DNA of 64,000 bases, taken from positions 33,747 through 97,746 of the forward strand of contig SVRK01000005.1 in the NCBI GenBank assembly GCA_015064855.1, in the 5' to 3' direction. The position numbers were made by a program, and so were the translations under genes. Below are positions 37,115-46,227 of this stretch, in pieces. The DNA is from Oscillospiraceae bacterium (lineage in GTDB: Bacteria > Bacillota > Clostridia > Oscillospirales > CAG-272). Each line of letters begins with the position of its first letter. Within the stretch, counting starts at the first letter, position 1. Under the pieces are notes generated by a model. It saw nothing but the letters and a program-made list of their open reading frames with translations, had not been told where the DNA came from and ran no database searches.

Positions 37115-37597
37115 ATGAAAATTCTTGTTTTTTCGGACTCCCACTCACATTCTAAATATATTGAGAACGCACTTCAAATTCATAAAAGCTGTGCCGATCT
37201 TGTCATTTTTTTAGGTGATGGGATTAGAGATATAGAATATGTAAAAAGCAGATACCCGCAGCTTCCTTTTGTTGCTGTGAAGGGAAATTGCGACGTTTTT
37301 TCATCGGCTGATTATAAGGATTATGCTGTGCTTGATTTGGATGGGATAAGAGTTCTTATTACACATGGACATTTGTTTGGTGTGAAAAGCGGATACGATA
37401 GAATTTTATATAGAGCAGAGGAGCTCGGTCTAGATGCCGTTTTCTTTGGGCATACCCATCAGCCACTTGATTTCCCAACATATGTTGGGGAGAAGAGAAT
37501 TCACTTATTTAACCCCGGTTCAATAGCCTATGGTGGCACGTATGGAGTAATAAACACGGCAAATGGAGTTTTAGTAGCTTCTCATGGAAAAATTTAG
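37115..37597 (+). CDS. YfcE/MJ0936-family metallophosphoesterase
   Basis: 160-aa ORF with motifs MKILVFSDSHS, GDG, GNCD, THGH and GHTH. Confidence 0.85.
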   Translation: MKILVFSDSHSHSKYIENALQIHKSCADLVIFLGDGIRDIEYVKSRYPQLPFVAVKGNCDVFSSADYKDYAVLDLDGIRVLITHGHLFGVKSGYDRILYRAEELGLDAVFFGHTHQPLDFPTYVGEKRIHLFNPGSIAYGGTYGVINTANGVLVASHGKI

Positions 37598-37698
37598 TTA
37601 AAAACACCAAAAAAATCAAGTTAAATGCTTGAACTTTTAAACAATATATGGTATACTCAATTTAATAATAAAAATATTTGTTCGGAGGAATAATTTTT

Positions 37699-38787
37699 AT
37701 GGAAAAGAAAGTAAGAATTGGTATCATCGGTTGCGGTGGTATCGCAAACGGCAAGCATATGCCATCACTCAAAACCGTTAAAGAGGCAGAAATGGTTGCA
37801 TTTTGTGATATTGTTGAAGAAAGAGCAATTGATGCCGCAAAGAAATATGGTGTTGAGGGTGCAAAGACCTACACTGATTATAAGGAGCTCTTGAAGGACG
37901 AAACAATTGATGTTGTTCACGTTTGTACTCCTAACAGAAGCCATAGCTTCATTACAGTTGACGCACTTGAGGCTGGAAAGCACGTAATGTGTGAAAAGCC
38001 AATGGCAATCAACGCTGAAGAAGCAAAGAAGATGGTTGATGCAGCAAACCGCACAGGCAAAATGCTTACAATCGGTTATCAAAACAGACAAAGAAAAGAC
38101 GCTATCTATCTAAAGAAGGAAGCAGATGAAGGCGTATTTGGTGATATCTACTACGCAAAGGCAACAGCTCTCCGTCGCCGTGCAGTTCCTACTTGGGGTG
38201 TATTTATTAATGAATACGAGCAAGGTGGAGGTCCACTTATCGACATCGGTACTCATGCTCTTGACCTTACCCTTTGGACAATGAACAACTATAAACCAAA
38301 ATACTGTGTTGGTACTACATATCACAAGCTCAACGACCAAAAGGAATCCGCAAACGTATTCGGTCAATGGAAGCCTGAAGAGTTTACTGTTGAAGACAGC
38401 GCATTTGGATTTATCGTTATGGAAAACGGTGCAACAATCGTTCTCGAGTCCTCTTGGGCTATCAATATGACTGAAACAAAAGAGGCTTGCACAACAATTT
38501 GTGGTACAAAGGCAGGCGCTAAGATGGTTGACCAAGGAATTCTTGAAATCAACGGTGTTAAGCACAACCAAATGTACGAAACAAGACCTAACCTTGATGG
38601 TAAGGGCGTTGCATTCTATGATGCAGGCGGATATAGTGCAGGCGCTGTTGAAGCTCAACAATGGATTAATGCAGTTATCAACGGTACAAAACCAACAGTT
38701 CTTCCTGAGCAAGCATACTGCGTAACACAAATTCTTGAGGGTATTTACGAGTCAGCAAAGACAGGTATGCCTTACTACTTCAACTAA
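37699..38787 (+). CDS. Gfo/Idh/MocA-family oxidoreductase
   Basis: The ORF spans 37678-38787. The likely start is ATG 37699 (MEKKVRIGIIGCGGIA, Rossmann motif). EKP motif (CEKPMA). Confidence 0.9.
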   Translation: MEKKVRIGIIGCGGIANGKHMPSLKTVKEAEMVAFCDIVEERAIDAAKKYGVEGAKTYTDYKELLKDETIDVVHVCTPNRSHSFITVDALEAGKHVMCEKPMAINAEEAKKMVDAANRTGKMLTIGYQNRQRKDAIYLKKEADEGVFGDIYYAKATALRRRAVPTWGVFINEYEQGGGPLIDIGTHALDLTLWTMNNYKPKYCVGTTYHKLNDQKESANVFGQWKPEEFTVEDSAFGFIVMENGATIVLESSWAINMTETKEACTTICGTKAGAKMVDQGILEINGVKHNQMYETRPNLDGKGVAFYDAGGYSAGAVEAQQWINAVINGTKPTVLPEQAYCVTQILEGIYESAKTGMPYYFN

Positions 38788-39075
38788 TAGTAAAGAGGCT
38801 GCAACGAGCACAGAACAAAAATAGACATACTTTTTCACTAAATATGTAGTCTTACATTGTTTTTGGCAAAATAATGTTGAGAACTTGCAATTTTTGCAAG
38901 TTCTCTTCGTTCTATTTGTCTATTTTTTAGGCGTGACCGCTTGCACTGTCGTACCAAGTACGCCTACGGCTTCGCGTTCACGTCTTCTGCACTCATTTCG
39001 CACTCTTTAAAAAGCTTGCGACGCTGAGCGTCGCGTATGCAAATAAAATATGCCCAAAGGGCAAAGGAGAATAAT

Positions 39076-40044
39076 ATGAAACTTAGTGTTTTAGCTAACC
39101 TTTACGGTTCAAAATCACTTGATGAGGCGCTTAAGATTATTTCATCCCTAGGCGTTCACTCGGTTGAAATCGGTGCAGGCGGATATCCGGGCAAGGACCA
39201 CTGCGACCCTGAAAAATTACTTGCAGATGAAAAGGCACTTGAGGAGTTCAAGGCTACCTTTAAAAAATATGATGTTGAGATTTGTGCGCTTGCAACTCAC
39301 GGCAACCCAATTCACCCAAACAAGGAAATTGCGGCTGCATTTGATAAGGATATGAGAAATACTATCCTTCTTGCTGAAAAGCTCGGAATTGATACAATCA
39401 TCACATTCTCAGGTTGCCCCGGCTCAGATCCTGATGCAAAATTGCCATCTTGGGTTACTTGCCCATGGCCAGACGACTTCCTTGATACATTAAACTATCA
39501 ATGGAACGATGTTATGATTCCTTATTGGAAGGAAGCAACAGAGTTTGCAAAGGCTCATGGCGTAACAAAAATTGCTCTTGAAATGCACCCAGGCTTCTGT
39601 GTATATAATCCTGAAACACTTCTTAAATTACGTGCAGCAGTTGGCGACGTAATTGGTGCTAACCTTGACCCATCACACTTAATTTGGCAAGGCATTGACC
39701 CTGTAATGGCAATCAGAGCTTTAGCCGGTGCTATCTATCACGTACATGCCAAGGACACAAAGGTTGATAAATATAACACAGCAGTTAATGGTGTTCTTGA
39801 TACAAAGCACTATGGTGACGAAATCAATCGTTCTTGGATTTTCCGTACCGTAGGCTACGGAAATGGTGAAACCTTCTGGAGAGACTTCGTTTCAAATCTT
39901 CGCCTCTGCGGTTACGACAAGGTTCTTTCAATCGAGCACGAGGATAGCCTAATGACTATTGACGAGGGATTAAAGAAAGCAGTCGAATTCCTTGACAAGG
40001 TTATGATTAAGGAAGAAAAGCCGACGGGTATGCGTTGGGCTTGA
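39076..40044 (+). CDS. sugar phosphate isomerase/epimerase (xylose-isomerase-like TIM barrel)
   Basis: The ORF spans 39037-40044. The likely start is ATG 39076 after GGAGA. AP-endonuclease-2/TIM-barrel pattern (ALEMHPG, HVHAKD, SIEHED). Confidence 0.85.
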   Translation: MKLSVLANLYGSKSLDEALKIISSLGVHSVEIGAGGYPGKDHCDPEKLLADEKALEEFKATFKKYDVEICALATHGNPIHPNKEIAAAFDKDMRNTILLAEKLGIDTIITFSGCPGSDPDAKLPSWVTCPWPDDFLDTLNYQWNDVMIPYWKEATEFAKAHGVTKIALEMHPGFCVYNPETLLKLRAAVGDVIGANLDPSHLIWQGIDPVMAIRALAGAIYHVHAKDTKVDKYNTAVNGVLDTKHYGDEINRSWIFRTVGYGNGETFWRDFVSNLRLCGYDKVLSIEHEDSLMTIDEGLKKAVEFLDKVMIKEEKPTGMRWA

Positions 40045-40156
40045 GTATCGTTTAGCGCAAATATGCTCCGTTTTTCTAGCTGACGTACGTTTATGTATGC
40101 CGACACTCAAAAAACGAACCATCTTTATCGCTAATCAATTACTCAAACAAAACTAT

Positions 40157-40200
40157 GGCTCCTTTGTGCAAGGGAGCTGTCGCAAAGCGACTGAGGGATT
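40157..40200 (+). repeat. family A dispersed hairpin repeat
   Basis: ggctcctttgtgcaagggagctgtcgcaaagcgactgagggatt. Confidence 0.8.
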
Positions 40201-40230
40201 GTTAATTTCTTGAACAGACAATTAAAACAC

Positions 40231-40259
40231 AAAAAACGGACACCCTGTGTCCGTTTTTT
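40231..40259. terminator. bidirectional terminator hairpin (repeat copy 1)
   Basis: aaaaaacggacaccctgtgtccgtttttt. The same stem is present at 43494-43521 with the loop reverse-complemented. Confidence 0.7.
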
Positions 40260-40307
40260 GCTGTTTTTCGCCATTTATTTGTATGGAGGCAATTAGCCTC
40301 TCGCCTT

Positions 40308-40508
40308 TCATTTGTAATATTCCTCAAATAAGTCATTTGGAGTGCATTCTAAAATGTCGCAAATCGCCTTTAGATTGTCAAATTTGATACTTTTTGTTTC
40401 GTTGTTTACTATTTTGTTAAAGTTCTGATAGCTGAGCCCAAGCTGAATATATAACCAATATTTTGTCTTGCCTTTTTCATTTAAAATTTCAAGGATTCTA
40501 AGCTTCAT
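40308..40508 (-). CDS. small XRE/Cro-C1-type HTH transcriptional regulator (YozG/COG3655-like)
   Basis: 66-aa ORF with a GGAGGTG SD. HTH (KTKYWLYIQLGLSYQNFNKIVNN) and LECTPNDLFE at the C-terminus. It is divergent from the LRR lipoprotein gene. Confidence 0.75.
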   Translation of the reverse strand: MKLRILEILNEKGKTKYWLYIQLGLSYQNFNKIVNNETKSIKFDNLKAICDILECTPNDLFEEYYK

Positions 40509-40520
40509 TATATCACCTCC

Positions 40521-40534
40521 ACATTATATAATGT
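40521..40534. promoter_or_regulatory. perfect 14-bp palindrome ACATTATATAATGT, candidate operator 1
   Basis: Self-complementary. It lies in the leader of the XRE gene, just upstream of its SD. Confidence 0.5.
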
Positions 40535-40558
40535 AACAATTATATTGCAAAAATACTC

Positions 40559-40587
40559 TTGACAAATAGACTTTTGCATTATATAAT
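40559..40587 (+). promoter_or_regulatory. consensus sigma-A promoter of the 910-aa LRR lipoprotein gene
   Basis: TTGACA (40559-40564), 17-nt spacer, TATAAT (40582-40587). Confidence 0.55.
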
Positions 40588-40589
40588 GT
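40576..40589. promoter_or_regulatory. second copy of the palindrome (GCATTATATAATGT; 12-bp perfect core), candidate operator 2
   Basis: 13 of 14 positions identical to 40521-40534. It overlaps the -10 hexamer, and its centre is 55 bp from operator 1. Confidence 0.5.
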
Positions 40590-40620
40590 ATACATAAGAT
40601 AGTGAATCCTGGAGGAAATT

Positions 40621-43353
40621 ATGAAAAAATTATTCACATTTTTAATTCTTGTAATGTGCTTGCTATTCTTTGTAAGCTGTGGTGGTAGTGGAAATAACAA
40701 TTCAAGTGTTGATAGTGTCATCAATGGAGAAACAAGTGGTGACTCTACCACAGAGTCAGATACGGGCGCAGAAAATGATTCAAATGCAGATAACGAAATT
40801 GAAACAGAAATCAATTCTGATGCAGACACAGAATCAAACAGTTCAAATACGGATATATCAAGCGACATCGCTTCTGATGTACCAGTGCATGTTCATATCG
40901 AGCAAATTATTCCTGCAGTAGCACCCACCTGCACCGAAACAGGACTTACCGCGGGTAAAAAATGCTCCACTTGTGGTGAAGTTTTAGTTGCACAAGAGAT
41001 TGTAAATGTTTTTGGACACACATATGAGAATAATTATACTTGTACAATTTGTCAAGAAACTCTAACAACAAGTGAGGGGCTTGAGTTTTCATTAAGTGAT
41101 GATGGTACATATTATTCAATAACAGGTATAGGCGATTGTACCGATTTAAATATTATTATTCCATATACATATAACGATTTACCAGTAACATCTATAGGAT
41201 CTAACGCCTTCCTTGATTGTGAATCATTAACAAATATAACAATGCCGAATGCTATAACTACAATAGGAAACAAAGCATTCTCTGGTTGTAGTTCGATTAC
41301 AAGTATAACAATACCTAACAGTGTAATATCTATAGGAAATGAGCCGTTCAATAATTGCATAGCATTAGAGCAGGTAAACTTTAAAGCTCGTGCTATGAAC
41401 GATTTGAGTTTAAATAATTATGCATTCTATAATGTAGGAAAGACTGGAGAAGGAATAAAGGTAATAATAGGTAAAGAAGTAACGAAAATACCCGCTTATT
41501 TATTTTATAAATCTAATCTAGCGAACGTGGTGTTTGAAGATGAAACAACTTGCGAAAGCATAGGTGACTATGCGTTCTATGGTTGTTACTTACTTGCGAG
41601 TATAACAATACCTGATAGTATAACATCCATAGGAAACTATGCGTTCTATGAATGTACGGCAATTACCGAAATTAATTTTAATGCTACAGAAATGAACGAC
41701 TTAAGAGAAAGCAATCAAATATTTACCTATGCAGGAGTTGACGAAGAGGGAATAAAAGTATCGATAGGCAACAATGTAACAAAAATACCTAATTTTTTGT
41801 TTTGGTCTAATAGTCTTAACGCCTTATATTTGCCAAAAATAACAAGCGTGGTGTTTGAAGAAGGTAGTGCGTGCAAAAGTATAGGGAATTATGCGTTTAG
41901 ATTTAGCAAATCACTAGAGAGTATAACATTACCTGACAGTATAACATCTATAGGATATTCTGCATTCTATGGTTGCGAATCTCTTGTAAGCATAACTATA
42001 GGCGAAGGCGTAGTGAGTATAGAAGACTATGCATTCCATAATTGTACGGCACTAACTGAAATCAATATAAATGCTATATCTTTAAGTGATTTAACTTCAA
42101 CTTCATACAGCTCAAACAACTTATATAACTATGCATTCTCTTTTGCAGGACAAAATGGAGAAGGAGTGACAGTAACAATAGGTAAAAAAGTAACAAAAAT
42201 ACCTGCTTATTTGTTCTATCCTTATTATGATTCTTCATATTCACCAAAGATAACAAGCGTAGAGTTTGAAGAAGGTAGCATTTGCAAAAGTATAGGAAAC
42301 TATGCATTCTATAGTTGCAAATCACTTACAGATGTAACAATACCAAATGTAACGTATATAGGTAATGACGCATTCTATGGTTGCGAATCACTTGTATGTA
42401 ACGAATATGATAATGCATACTATTTAGGAAACGAAGAGAATCCGTATGTAGCACTAATAAAAGCAAAGGATACATCTATCACCTCTTGTATCATTAACGA
42501 AAACACAAAGGTTATATGTTGCGGAGCATTGTCTAGTTGCGCTGCAATTACAAGTATAACAATACCAGATAATGTAACATGTATAGGCGAATATGCGTTC
42601 TCTAATTGTGGAGCACTTACAAGCGTAACAATACCTAATAACGTAATGTCCATGGGCAAAAAAGCATTCTATGGTTGTACTTCACTTTTATATAATGAGT
42701 ATGATAATGCATGTTATTTAGGAAATGAAGAAAATCCATATTTTATACTAATAAAAGCAAAGGATACAACTATTATTTCTTGCAATATTAATGAAAACAC
42801 GGAATTTATACACAGTTCGGCGTTCTGTGATTGTATTTCTCTTACGAGTATAGTAATACCAAATAAAATAACATATATAGATGAAGAAACATTTCGAAAT
42901 TGCACCTCACTCACGAGCATAACACTACCCAATAGTCTAACATTAATAGGCGAATATGCGTTTAGCGAGTGCTGTTCTCTTGCAAGTGTAACAATACCTG
43001 ATAGTGTTACAACTATAGGATTTTCTGCATTTTCTGGTTGTACTGCACTAAAAAATATAACTATACCTGAGAGTATAACCTGTATAGATGGCTATGCGTT
43101 CTCTAGGTGCACAGGATTAAGAAATATAATAATACCTGACAATGTAATTTGCATGGGTGCTTATGCGTTCTATAAATGTACAAAACTTACCATTTATTGT
43201 GAAGCAACAAGTGAGCCTGACGGTTGGGCTAGTTATGTTTATGATCATTGGAATTATTCAAGCTGTCCAGTATACTGGTACAGGGAAAACGAACCTACCA
43301 CCGGTGGCGATTACTGGCACTACATCGACGGAGTGGTTACCATTTGGGAGTAA
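40621..43353 (+). CDS. surface lipoprotein with acidic Ser/Thr/Asp/Asn linker, one Cys3-His repeat unit and a BspA-type leucine-rich repeat (LRR_5-like) array
   Basis: 910-aa ORF. Lipobox LLFFVSCGG. Unit HIEQIIPAVAPTCTETGLTAGKKCSTCGEVLVAQEIV. Many ~23-aa units of the form C.SL.SITIPDSVTSIG..AF..C. Paralog of 49431-53450. Confidence 0.8.
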   Translation: MKKLFTFLILVMCLLFFVSCGGSGNNNSSVDSVINGETSGDSTTESDTGAENDSNADNEIETEINSDADTESNSSNTDISSDIASDVPVHVHIEQIIPAVAPTCTETGLTAGKKCSTCGEVLVAQEIVNVFGHTYENNYTCTICQETLTTSEGLEFSLSDDGTYYSITGIGDCTDLNIIIPYTYNDLPVTSIGSNAFLDCESLTNITMPNAITTIGNKAFSGCSSITSITIPNSVISIGNEPFNNCIALEQVNFKARAMNDLSLNNYAFYNVGKTGEGIKVIIGKEVTKIPAYLFYKSNLANVVFEDETTCESIGDYAFYGCYLLASITIPDSITSIGNYAFYECTAITEINFNATEMNDLRESNQIFTYAGVDEEGIKVSIGNNVTKIPNFLFWSNSLNALYLPKITSVVFEEGSACKSIGNYAFRFSKSLESITLPDSITSIGYSAFYGCESLVSITIGEGVVSIEDYAFHNCTALTEININAISLSDLTSTSYSSNNLYNYAFSFAGQNGEGVTVTIGKKVTKIPAYLFYPYYDSSYSPKITSVEFEEGSICKSIGNYAFYSCKSLTDVTIPNVTYIGNDAFYGCESLVCNEYDNAYYLGNEENPYVALIKAKDTSITSCIINENTKVICCGALSSCAAITSITIPDNVTCIGEYAFSNCGALTSVTIPNNVMSMGKKAFYGCTSLLYNEYDNACYLGNEENPYFILIKAKDTTIISCNINENTEFIHSSAFCDCISLTSIVIPNKITYIDEETFRNCTSLTSITLPNSLTLIGEYAFSECCSLASVTIPDSVTTIGFSAFSGCTALKNITIPESITCIDGYAFSRCTGLRNIIIPDNVICMGAYAFYKCTKLTIYCEATSEPDGWASYVYDHWNYSSCPVYWYRENEPTTGGDYWHYIDGVVTIWE

Positions 43354-43493
43354 TTAGATTCATTCAACCACATTCCGTTGAACTTAGGTAACGTAGAGAG
43401 GTGTTAACATACGTTATTTCGAGCTTGTTGTGAAATCTAAAAATAGCCCATTCGACTTCGTTTAGAATGTGATGCGACAGTAACACAAAAAAC

Positions 43494-43521
43494 AAAAAAC
43501 GGACACAGGGTGTCCGTTTTT
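43494..43521. terminator. bidirectional terminator hairpin (repeat copy 2)
   Basis: aaaaaacggacacagggtgtccgttttt. Confidence 0.7.
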
Positions 43522-43545
43522 GCTTCTTTTAGGGACGTAATTTCC

Positions 43546-43577
43546 CTAAAAATGTAGGGGAGGCTATCAGCCTCCCG
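43546..43577 (-). terminator. terminator of the M23 peptidase gene
   Basis: Stem GGGAGGCT / AGCCTCCC with a T-rich tail on the minus strand. It resembles the hairpin at 40286-40301. Confidence 0.55.
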
Positions 43578-43587
43578 CTTTTATAAA

Positions 43588-44244
43588 TTATTGATTGCTT
43601 TCAGTTGAGCTATCTGTGCTTTCGTCCTTTTGACCTGGGAACTTGAAGTGCTTCTTTGGGTCAACATGTGTGCCATTAACCTTTAATTCATAGTGTAGGT
43701 GTGGCTCCTCTGCAATTTCGTTCATTGCGCTTTCGCCAACAGCACCAATGATGTCGCCACTCTTTACGCTTGCGCCTATAATAATTCCGTCATTAACCTC
43801 TGGGTCAAGGTTTTTATAAATGCTTACCGCATTACCCGAGTGCTCAATGGAGACGCATTTGCCCATGAATGGGTCATCCCAAACATTTGTAACGACTCCG
43901 TCAGCAACTGCTAAAACCTCGTCACCTAAATTAGCTGAAAGGTCAACGCCAAGATGGGTTCTGTAATCGTTCATTGTTTGTGAAAAAACAGGTACGCTAT
44001 CGCTAAAGTCCATACTAATATTTCCACTTACAGGGAGCGAAAATGTGGGGAGAGTGTCTGAATTTGGCAAATTTGTTTGTTCGTCGTCAGTGGCGGTGTC
44101 GCTTGATGTGTCGATAGGCTCGTTAGGGGATTTATTTGCTACTGTTGTCGCAATGATAATTATCGCAATAACAGCCAGAGCTACTGCAACGCTCAAATAA
44201 ATTATCCTTTGTTTTCTTTTGGTTTCAATTTCGTTTTCTTCCAT
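43588..44244 (-). CDS. M23-family metallopeptidase (LytM-like) with an N-terminal membrane anchor
   Basis: 218-aa ORF. TM near residues 15-35. Motifs HLGVDL and HLHYELKVNGTHVDP. Confidence 0.88.
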   Translation of the reverse strand: MEENEIETKRKQRIIYLSVAVALAVIAIIIIATTVANKSPNEPIDTSSDTATDDEQTNLPNSDTLPTFSLPVSGNISMDFSDSVPVFSQTMNDYRTHLGVDLSANLGDEVLAVADGVVTNVWDDPFMGKCVSIEHSGNAVSIYKNLDPEVNDGIIIGASVKSGDIIGAVGESAMNEIAEEPHLHYELKVNGTHVDPKKHFKFPGQKDESTDSSTESNQ

Positions 44245-44400
44245 TTTGTAAAAATCCTTTCAAAAATTTATTGCAAGACTATTATTTGCCACCAAATTTA
44301 CATTTATGCACAAAAAACTTTTTTATACGTTTTTAGTGATTGACTTTATTTTGCACGTGTGGTATTATTATATATAGATAACCATATCTTGGAGGAAAAT

Positions 44401-45030
44401 ATGATTAAAATTGAACGCGTTAGCGTAATGAATTTTGAAAATGCAATTAGAGGAGCAAGAAACCCACTAAATTCTTGGGCGAAAAGCGATAGCTACTATA
44501 ATGAGGATGGAGAATACGTTTTAGGCGATAACGACCTTTCTTTGGCAAAAAAGCTTGCTAAAGCTGGCTCTGACCACAGAAAATACCTTCGTCAAGTCTT
44601 CGTTTCTATGGATATAACAGCCCCGCTTTATTGGTGGAAGGAGTTCGACACATATAAGGTTGCAACCGTTGCAAATTCGACCTCAACTATGCACAAAATT
44701 CAAGCAAAAAAGTTTGAGCGCGATGATTTCAGCCACGATAGAATGAGCGAGGGTGCTTTAAAGGTGCTTGATATTACTATCGACTACCTAGAAGAGGTGC
44801 GCTTGAAGTTTATTGAAACCAAGGAGAGATGCTATTGGCACGATATGATTCAATTGTTGCCATCTAGCTACAACCAATTAAGAACAGTTACAATGAACTA
44901 CGAGACCTTAATCAACATATACTATGCAAGAAGAACTCACAAGCTTGCTGAATGGCATACGCTTTGTGACCTTATTATGTCCTTGCCATATGCAAAGGAT
45001 ATTATCGCAGTGAAAGAGGATAACGAATAA
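44401..45030 (+). CDS. ThyX-fold (Thy1-like) protein lacking the canonical ThyX RHR..S....S.R signature
   Basis: The ORF spans 44359-45030. The likely start is ATG 44401 after GGAGGA. By-eye collinearity with ThyX (NAIRGARNP.., ITAPLYWWKEF, LRTVTMNYETLINIYYAR), but EFDTYKVATVANSTSTMH sits where ThyX has RHR...S....S.RY. Confidence 0.45.
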   Translation: MIKIERVSVMNFENAIRGARNPLNSWAKSDSYYNEDGEYVLGDNDLSLAKKLAKAGSDHRKYLRQVFVSMDITAPLYWWKEFDTYKVATVANSTSTMHKIQAKKFERDDFSHDRMSEGALKVLDITIDYLEEVRLKFIETKERCYWHDMIQLLPSSYNQLRTVTMNYETLINIYYARRTHKLAEWHTLCDLIMSLPYAKDIIAVKEDNE

Positions 45031-45033
45031 TCA

Positions 45034-46224
45034 ATGCTAAACAAATTAATCAAGGATTATAGTTGCCCGCAAAAGCCCGAGGTCCGCATACGTGTTGGGC
45101 GCTTTGCGGGCTTTGTTGGTATCTTTTCCAACCTGTTTTTATTTGTCGTTAAGCTTACAATAGGCATTTTAACCGGTGCAATTTCAATAATTGCCGATTC
45201 TCTTAACAATTTGTCAGATTGTGGTTCAAACATTTTGACAGTTGTCGGATATACAATATCAGGTAAGCCTGCCGATAAGGACCACCCCTATGGTCATGCT
45301 AGAATGGAATATCTTTGCTCACTTTTTATTTCAATGATTATTTCATTCCTCGGCTTTGAAATGCTCGTTACATCTATTGAAAAGATTATAGCTAACGAGC
45401 CAAGCGACGGGGCAGAGCTTCCGCTTATTATAATTATGGCTTCAACTATAATTGTAAAGGCATTAATAGCAGTATTTTACCGCAAGCTCGGTAAGCATAT
45501 TTCGTCAGATGCACTAAAGGCTTCTGCTATTGATAGTATCGGCGACGTTATTGCTACAAGTGCGGTTGTTGTTGGTATGATTTTGTCTGAATATGCTTCA
45601 TTGCCATTTGATATAGATGCCGTTATAGGTATTTTAGTTGCAATCTATATCATTATTATGGGAATTAAGCTTGTTATTGAGTCCTCAAGCACACTAATCG
45701 GCAAAGCCCCAGACCCAGAGTTTACCCACTCAATGATTGAGAAAATCAAAAGCTATGAGGGGGTTCTTGGCATACACGACTTGGTTATTCACTCGTACGG
45801 CGCGAATAGATATTTCGCATCTGTTCACGTTGAGGTTGATGCTGATGCTGAAATTATGCACAGCCATGATTTAATGGACATTATCGAGGCGGATTTTTTA
45901 AAGGACGGCATAAATCTTGTTATCCATATGGATCCAATTTCCGTTTCCGACTCTGAAACTAACGAGGTGCGCGCACGTTGCCTCGAGATGATATCTGGTA
46001 TTTCCGCGGAATATTCTCAACCGATGTCAATGCACGATTTCCGCATAGTGAAGGGCATTACGCATACAAACGTGCTTTTCGATGTTAGTATAACAGATGA
46101 TTTCCCACTTAAAAATAAGGAAATTTCCGAGCTTCTGTCGGTGAAAATCAAGGAAATTAATCCTTTGTATAATCTAGTTTTAACAATAGACAGGGATTAT
46201 TTTTCTGAGCGTTATGGAGAGTAA
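45034..46224 (+). CDS. cation diffusion facilitator (CDF) family transporter
   Basis: 396-aa ORF with six TM helices, a DHPYGHARMEY motif, and a C-terminal cytoplasmic domain (VHVEVDA..). Confidence 0.9.
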   Translation: MLNKLIKDYSCPQKPEVRIRVGRFAGFVGIFSNLFLFVVKLTIGILTGAISIIADSLNNLSDCGSNILTVVGYTISGKPADKDHPYGHARMEYLCSLFISMIISFLGFEMLVTSIEKIIANEPSDGAELPLIIIMASTIIVKALIAVFYRKLGKHISSDALKASAIDSIGDVIATSAVVVGMILSEYASLPFDIDAVIGILVAIYIIIMGIKLVIESSSTLIGKAPDPEFTHSMIEKIKSYEGVLGIHDLVIHSYGANRYFASVHVEVDADAEIMHSHDLMDIIEADFLKDGINLVIHMDPISVSDSETNEVRARCLEMISGISAEYSQPMSMHDFRIVKGITHTNVLFDVSITDDFPLKNKEISELLSVKIKEINPLYNLVLTIDRDYFSERYGE

Positions 46225-46227
46225 AAA

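Noticed and set aside
38816-38930. 11-bp inverted repeat (AAAAATAGACA / TGTCTATTTTT) flanking ~90 nt with an inner hairpin (38879-38906), a possible MITE
   Set aside because: The arms are short and AT-rich, there is only one copy in the window, and no target-site duplication is evident. It is more simply read as the terminator region of the oxidoreductase gene.
38931-39036. GC-rich ~100-nt island upstream of the sugar isomerase gene, including hairpin GCGACGCTGAGCGTCGC, a possible riboswitch or sRNA
   Set aside because: I could not match it to any riboswitch consensus I know. It looks like another GC-rich dispersed-repeat fragment, but only one copy is visible here, so no call was made.
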